In this document: positions 59,063 to 64,000 of the stretch, piece after piece
Layout of the letters: each line of letters begins with the position of its first letter
How positions within the stretch are numbered: the stretch's first letter is position 1
Source: an uncultured Verrucomicrobiae bacterium
GTDB taxonomy: Bacteria > Verrucomicrobiota > Verrucomicrobiia > Limisphaerales > Palsa-1400
Reading direction: 5' to 3'
Assembly (NCBI GenBank): GCA_963764165.1
Contig: CAVXRD010000002.1
Location: 1,280,001-1,344,000 of the forward strand
Length of the DNA stretch: 64,000 bases
Notes under the pieces: model-generated
What the model saw: the letters and a program-made list of their open reading frames with translations, nothing else
What the model was told of the DNA's origin: nothing
Database searches by the model: none
Position numbers and translations under genes: made by a program

Positions 59063-59198
59063 CGGCTTCGTAATGATTGCGGGCGCACAACAGAACAATT
59101 TATTGGGCTGATGTTTGCGCGTGGGGGCAATGCGGGTTTTTGAAAGAACCATTAAATCATTAACTGGACAAGATGTCGCATATGGCTAACGTTCTAAA

Positions 59199-59432
59199 AT
59201 GAGTCGCAATTTTGCTGAACTGAGAGACGAAGCCTTGCGTCTGCCTCCGCAGGATCAACTGCGGCTTGCTCGCACGCTGTTGGAGCAAGCGGAGGCGGTC
59301 GGGGATTTGGAGGTCGAATCGGCTTGGGACGAGGAAATCGGGCGCCGAATCGAGATGGTCGACTCCGGGCTGGCAAAAGGGCGACCGTTCACCGAAGTAT
59401 TGGGAAATATTGACCGTCAGCTTGGAAGATGA
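59199..59432 (+). CDS. Addiction-module antitoxin
   Basis: EALRLPPQDQLRLARTLLE..AWDEEIGRR pattern; its stop overlaps the toxin start (ATGA). Confidence 0.88.
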   Translation: MSRNFAELRDEALRLPPQDQLRLARTLLEQAEAVGDLEVESAWDEEIGRRIEMVDSGLAKGRPFTEVLGNIDRQLGR

Positions 59433-59728
59433 CGCTCCTCGTCCTCGAACAAGCGGAGCGAGAGTTCAGCAAGTCGGTAGGTTACTACGAATCGAAAGAG
59501 ATTGGGCTGGGAGTCCGCTTCCGCAACGAGGTCGCGTCAATTGTAAGCTCAATCCAGCAGCATCCGGAAGTTCCCCGCCTAAGGCTTCGCGGTTACCGTC
59601 GTGTAAACCTTCGCGTTTTTCCGCATTATGTCGCCTACGTGATCCGAAGAGACACTCTTTGGGTGGTGGCCATTGCGCACGCGCATCAACGTCCGGAGTT
59701 TTGGATCAGGAGGATCGGGAAGCTGTGA
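59429..59728 (+). CDS. RelE/ParE family toxin
   Basis: AEREF..YYE..GLGVRF..RRVNLRVFPHYVAY..VVAIAHAHQRPEFW. Confidence 0.9.
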   Translation: MTLLVLEQAEREFSKSVGYYESKEIGLGVRFRNEVASIVSSIQQHPEVPRLRLRGYRRVNLRVFPHYVAYVIRRDTLWVVAIAHAHQRPEFWIRRIGKL

Positions 59729-60066
59729 CCGGTTGCAATGCACAACGCATTCCCCGCAGCCTAAGGCTTGACCGTTAGACCCGCCTGTTTTGCCACTTCT
59801 CTCTGCCTCACATCGAAAGAAACAGCAGAGGAAAACGCCCTTTTCCCCGACCAAAATTTTTTTCATCTCCGCGCCCTCGGTTTCTCCTGTTCGATTCTTG
59901 ATTTTGTCCGCTTCGCCGGGCGTCCAATCCCGTCGGTTGTTTCTGTGAAACCTCGTCCCCGAAAAGTTGGGGAAACATGGTGACAAAAAAGGGAAGCGCC
60001 ACCGGCAAGCGCCAAACTTGCAAATTTTTGCGTGCTTTCCTCGGACTGGCGTTTTACTTTGCGGGC

Positions 60067-61275
60067 ATGGTTTGGTTACTTGCTCTGCTCTGCTTGGGAA
60101 TTGTTGGCGCGGCTGGTTTTTACCAGGGTCCGATTCGCGCCGGGTTTTCTTTCCTCGGACTCATCTTCGGAACCATGCTGGCGGGGCCGCTTTCGCCGCT
60201 CACGCAGCACTTGCTTCCCCTCTTGAGTTTGCACCATCCGGTGTGGGACTTTTTTGCGCCGCAAATTCTGGCCTTCCTGATTGTGCTGACGATTTTCAAA
60301 ATCGCGGGCCAGGTTGTTCACACCAAGGTCGCTGTCTTTTTCAAATACAAGGTGGATGACAAGACGCTTTACCGCTGGCAGCGCGTTTATTCGCGGACAG
60401 GACTGTCCGTTGGGATGCTCAACGGGGCGGTGTATTTTCTTTTGATTTCGCTGCTGATTTATTCCGCGGGCTACTTCACGACGGAGGTTTCGGCGGGCGA
60501 GACCGATTCGGCCGGGGCGAAATTCCTGACCGTGACGCGGGCTGATCTTCACAACGCCAATCTTGACAAAGTGTTGGCGTCTTACGACATGGTGCCGCCG
60601 AAAGTCTATCAGGTCTCCGACCTCGCGGTGACGGTGCTCCACAATCCGCTGCTTGTCAGCCGGCTGTCGCATTATCCGCCTTGCCTTGAATTGGGGATGG
60701 ATCCCGATTTCAAGGAGCTTTCCCGCGACGTCCAATTCCAGCAGATGCTGGCCAGCCAGGCCAAGGTCATCGATGTTTTGAACTATCCCAAGGTGCATTA
60801 CATGCTGACCAATGGCACGATTGTCCGCCAGGTTTCCGCCCTGATTGGGAATGATCTTGATGATCTGAGTCAATACCTGATGACCGGCCAATCGCCCAAA
60901 TACGACTTGGAGTCGATCTTGGGAGTATGGAATATCAATCGCAAGGCGAGCCTCGATCTTTTGCGCCGCAAGGGAGCGGGGATGACCTCCTCCCGGATGG
61001 CGGCGCTCGAGCAGGATTTGATCCCGCGCATCGACGGCCTTTCGCTGACGGCGACGCCGGATGAAAAGCTGTTGCTGAAACTCACCCCCAACAACGGAGA
61101 AGGCACGGTCGTGGCGACGGGCACCTGGAAATCCATCCAGGGCGGTTATCAAGTAAACCTGCCAGGGTCGCTGCCTGAGACGGCGGAAATCCAAATCGAA
61201 GAGGGAACTCGATTGCTGCTGCCGCGCTCGTTCAATAACGTCAACTACGTGCTGGTTTTCGAGAAAGAGCAGTAA
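60067..61275 (+). CDS. CvpA-like membrane protein with a soluble C-terminal extension
   Basis: GFYQGPIR after the first TM helix, four TM helices, R.GLSVGMLNG motif and a long hydrophilic tail. Confidence 0.65.
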   Translation: MVWLLALLCLGIVGAAGFYQGPIRAGFSFLGLIFGTMLAGPLSPLTQHLLPLLSLHHPVWDFFAPQILAFLIVLTIFKIAGQVVHTKVAVFFKYKVDDKTLYRWQRVYSRTGLSVGMLNGAVYFLLISLLIYSAGYFTTEVSAGETDSAGAKFLTVTRADLHNANLDKVLASYDMVPPKVYQVSDLAVTVLHNPLLVSRLSHYPPCLELGMDPDFKELSRDVQFQQMLASQAKVIDVLNYPKVHYMLTNGTIVRQVSALIGNDLDDLSQYLMTGQSPKYDLESILGVWNINRKASLDLLRRKGAGMTSSRMAALEQDLIPRIDGLSLTATPDEKLLLKLTPNNGEGTVVATGTWKSIQGGYQVNLPGSLPETAEIQIEEGTRLLLPRSFNNVNYVLVFEKEQ

Positions 61276-61283
61276 AGGAAGGT

Positions 61284-62417
61284 ATGGCAACTACAGCAGA
61301 ATCCGTGAGCAAAGGGCTCGATGGCATCGTCGCCGCCCAAACCCGCCTGAGCGACGTCCGCGGGGAGGCGGGCGAATTAATTTACGCCGGCTACGACATC
61401 AACGAACTTGCCGGCAAAGTCACGTTTGAGGAAGTCATTCATTTGCTGCATTGGAACCATCTTCCCAATCGCAAGGAACTGGCCGAATTGCACGGCATCC
61501 TCGCGGCGGATCGCGATTTGCCCAAAGGCGTGGTGGATATTTTGCGCATCGTCCCCAAAGACACGCCGCCCATGGACGTTCTTCGCACGGCCGTGTCGGC
61601 GACCGGATGTTTTGATGCGCAGCGCGACGAGAATTCCTACGACGACCAGCGCCGCAAAGCGATGCGCTTGATTGCGCAGATTCCCGTCATCACCGCCTTT
61701 TATCATCGCATCCGCCAGGGCAAGGACATCGTGCTGCCGGATCCGAAACTCAGCGAAGCCGCCAATTTTCTTTACATGATGGACGGCGAAATTCCGTCGC
61801 CGGAAAAAACCAGCACCCTGGATTTGTGCTACACGCTTCACGCGGATCACGGGATGAACGCCTCGACCTTCAGCGCGCGTGTCACCATCGCGACGCTGAG
61901 CGACATGTATTCGGCCATCACCAGCGCCATCGGCACCTTGAAAGGGCCGCTGCACGGCGGAGCGAACGAGGGCGTCATCAAGATGCTGAAGGAAATCGGC
62001 TCGCTGGACCGGGTCGATGCCTACGTCGAAGAATGCCTGGTGCAGAAGAAAAAGATCATGGGCATCGGCCATCGCGTTTACAAGACGCTCGATCCGCGAG
62101 CGCCGCACCTCAAGCGCATGGCGCAGGTCTTGAGCCAGAAACTCGGCGAGCCGAAGTGGATCCAGATGAGTGATCGCATCGCCGAGATCATGCTCAAGAA
62201 AAAGGGGCTGCACGCGAATGTCGATTTCTACTCCGCCACCGTCTATTACTCGCTGGGAATTCCGACCGATCTTTTCACTCCGCTCTTCGCCATCGCGCGG
62301 ATGGCGGGATGGACGGCCCATTTGCTGGAGCAGGTGGCCGACAACCGCCTCATCCGCCCGCAGAGCCTTTACATCGGCCCGGTGGGATTGCACGTCAAAC
62401 CGGTCGACGAGCGGTAG
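61284..62417 (+). CDS. Citrate synthase (citrate/2-methylcitrate synthase family)
   Basis: HADHGMNASTF, LKGPLHGGANE, MGIGHRVYK..DPR, NVDFYS and RLIRP motifs. Confidence 0.95.
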   Translation: MATTAESVSKGLDGIVAAQTRLSDVRGEAGELIYAGYDINELAGKVTFEEVIHLLHWNHLPNRKELAELHGILAADRDLPKGVVDILRIVPKDTPPMDVLRTAVSATGCFDAQRDENSYDDQRRKAMRLIAQIPVITAFYHRIRQGKDIVLPDPKLSEAANFLYMMDGEIPSPEKTSTLDLCYTLHADHGMNASTFSARVTIATLSDMYSAITSAIGTLKGPLHGGANEGVIKMLKEIGSLDRVDAYVEECLVQKKKIMGIGHRVYKTLDPRAPHLKRMAQVLSQKLGEPKWIQMSDRIAEIMLKKKGLHANVDFYSATVYYSLGIPTDLFTPLFAIARMAGWTAHLLEQVADNRLIRPQSLYIGPVGLHVKPVDER

Positions 62418-62455
62418 AATTTCTTAAATCACAGCTACGTTCAAATTTACATCCG

Positions 62456-63661
62456 ATGAATTTACACGAATACCAAGCCAAGCAATTGCTGGCGCAATAT
62501 GGCGTCGCCGTTCCCGCCGGGGAAGTTTGCGACACGCCGGAAGCCGCCCAAAAAATCGCCGTTGATTTGTTCGCCAAAGGCGAAACATTGATCGTGGTCA
62601 AATCGCAGATTCACGCGGGTGGCCGCGGCAAGGGAACGTTCACGAGCGGATTTCAAGGCGGCGTCAAACTGTGCCGGACTCCCGAGGACGTTTTTGAAAA
62701 AGCCAAAGCCATGCTCGGCAATGTTCTCGTGACCAAGCAAACCGGGCCCGATGGCCGCCTGGTGAGCAAGCTGTTGGTGGCTGGCGCTCCTTCGATCAAG
62801 AAGGAACTTTATTGCGCCGTCCTGCTTGATCGCGCTTCGGGCCGGCCAATTATCATGGTAAGCACCGAAGGCGGTGTGGACATCGAAGAGGTTGCCGAGA
62901 AAAATCCTGAGAAAATCGTGCGGGAAATCATTGATCCCGCGCTTGGGCTCATGCCTTTCCAAGGGCGCAAGCTTGCGGCGGCGCTGGGTTTGAAAGGCGA
63001 ATTGATTGCGGCCGGAGCAAAAATGTTCGCGGGCCTTTGCAAAACGTGGTGGGAATGTGATGCCGCCATGCTGGAGATCAATCCGCTCTGCATTGTCACC
63101 ACCGCCGACGGCAAGGAAAGCCTGCTCGCCATCGACGCCAAGATGAGCCTCGACGACAACGCGCTTTACCGCCAGAAACAGATTCACGCCATGCGCGATC
63201 TTTCCGAGGAAGCTCCGCTGGAAATCGAAGCTGGAAAATTTAATCTCAACTACATCAAGCTCGACGGCAGCATCGCCTGCCTCGTCAACGGGGCGGGCCT
63301 GGCGATGGCCACGATGGACATCATCCAGCATTTCGGCGCCAGTCCGGCCAACTTCCTGGACGTCGGGGGTGGCGCGAGCAAAGACCAGGTGACGGCTGCG
63401 TTCAAAATCATCCTGAGCGATCCGCATGTGAAGGGAATTCTCGTCAACATTTTCGGCGGCATCATGGATTGCAACGTCATCGCCACCGGAATTGTGAGCG
63501 CGGTTCGAGAAACGGGCTTGAACCTGCCGCTGGTCGTCCGCCTCGAGGGAAATAACGTGGCCGCCGGAAGAAAAACATTGGCGGAATCCGGCGTTGCGAT
63601 CATCAACGGCGATTCGATGTCCGACGCGGCGCAAAAAGTTGTCGCTGCTGTTGGGAAATAG
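62456..63661 (+). CDS. sucC: Succinate--CoA ligase beta subunit
   Basis: MNLHEYQAK, QIHAGGRGKG, NGAGLAMATMD, ANFLDVGGGA, NIFGGI and RLEGNN motifs. Confidence 0.97.
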   Translation: MNLHEYQAKQLLAQYGVAVPAGEVCDTPEAAQKIAVDLFAKGETLIVVKSQIHAGGRGKGTFTSGFQGGVKLCRTPEDVFEKAKAMLGNVLVTKQTGPDGRLVSKLLVAGAPSIKKELYCAVLLDRASGRPIIMVSTEGGVDIEEVAEKNPEKIVREIIDPALGLMPFQGRKLAAALGLKGELIAAGAKMFAGLCKTWWECDAAMLEINPLCIVTTADGKESLLAIDAKMSLDDNALYRQKQIHAMRDLSEEAPLEIEAGKFNLNYIKLDGSIACLVNGAGLAMATMDIIQHFGASPANFLDVGGGASKDQVTAAFKIILSDPHVKGILVNIFGGIMDCNVIATGIVSAVRETGLNLPLVVRLEGNNVAAGRKTLAESGVAIINGDSMSDAAQKVVAAVGK

Positions 63662-63691
63662 GGTCCTGGCCGGAAGGATTCAGTCGCTTGT

Positions 63692-63830
63692 GGAAGCGCG
63701 GTCGTCTTGACCGCGGTTTTCAGCGTCTCGCCGAAAACTCCCGCATCTTCCGACAGCCCACCAATCGGTGATGGTCCCGAAGAGCTGGCTGGCGAGACGC
63801 CAGCCAGAGCGACCGAGACGGTCGCGCTCC
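63692..63830. repeat. REP-like doublet between convergent genes
   Basis: GGAAGCGCGGTCGTCTTGACCGCG..GCGTCTCGCC and inverted partner GGCGAGACGCC..GCGACCGAGACGGTCGCGCTCCC. Confidence 0.65.
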
Positions 63831-63853
63831 CAATCCAACTGAACCGTTCCGGA

Positions 63854-64000
63854 TTAGTCGATGTCCGTGGTCGCGGCAGGATGGCCGCCGTACCGTTTCA
63901 AATACTTCACACCCACCGTCAAATCCTTGGGCCACGGCGCTTCGATTTTGATGGTCCCGTCGCCTGTCAGCGTTCGGATGATCAATTGCTCGGCGTGGAG
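63854..64000 (-). CDS. C-terminal end of a probable RluA-family pseudouridine synthase (runs off the window edge)
   Basis: Hand translation LHAEQLIIRTLTGDGTIKIEAPWPKDLTVGVKYLKRY..*; LHA..L and AP.P.D are typical of RluA/RluD C-termini. Confidence 0.65.
   Translation of the reverse strand, partial: LHAEQLIIRTLTGDGTIKIEAPWPKDLTVGVKYLKRYGGHPAATTDID

Noticed and set aside
59160..59175. TTAACTGGACAAGATG resembling the IS4 right end
   Set aside because: Only a 10-11 nt match with altered spacing to the terminal TG and no transposase remnant; chance cannot be excluded.
59729..59780. attC-like site after the TA pair (GCACAAC ... GTTAGAC)
   Set aside because: The span is only about 41 nt, the inner boxes do not pair convincingly, and no integrase or second cassette is present.

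Overview
GC-rich bacterial chromosomal segment; gene style and repeat content suggest Verrucomicrobiota (inference only). Most of it is housekeeping: surA-like/pdxA/ispD, aroF, yajC-secDF-terC-recJ-M48 protease, pheT, purH, hflX, argS, citrate synthase and sucC. It also carries glycan genes (GH92, GH95, GH125, a FucP-type transporter, several glycosyltransferases), a Wza/Wzc polysaccharide export operon downstream of a sigma54-type two-component pair, and two toxin-antitoxin pairs. An accessory region at about 51.4-59.8 kb holds an IS4-family element (9-bp target duplication) splitting a DUF3486-like gene, an IS630 element (TA duplication) inserted in the signal peptide of a redoxin, and an internally deleted IS200-like tyrosine transposase between 22-bp inverted repeats. 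The intergenic spaces contain many families of palindromic REP-like repeats, one set triply nested. The most unusual signals are (1) a dispersed 'A-tract + 10-bp-period repeat' element, two copies of which lie 133 nt upstream of unrelated genes, (2) a putative boxA-containing non-coding transcript divergent from the DUF3486-like gene and ending in such decamers, and (3) a 116-aa His/Gly-rich protein with a (GHxCG)3 tail. No rRNA, tRNA or CRISPR array was recognised. All family assignments come from motif recognition by eye, not from database searches.
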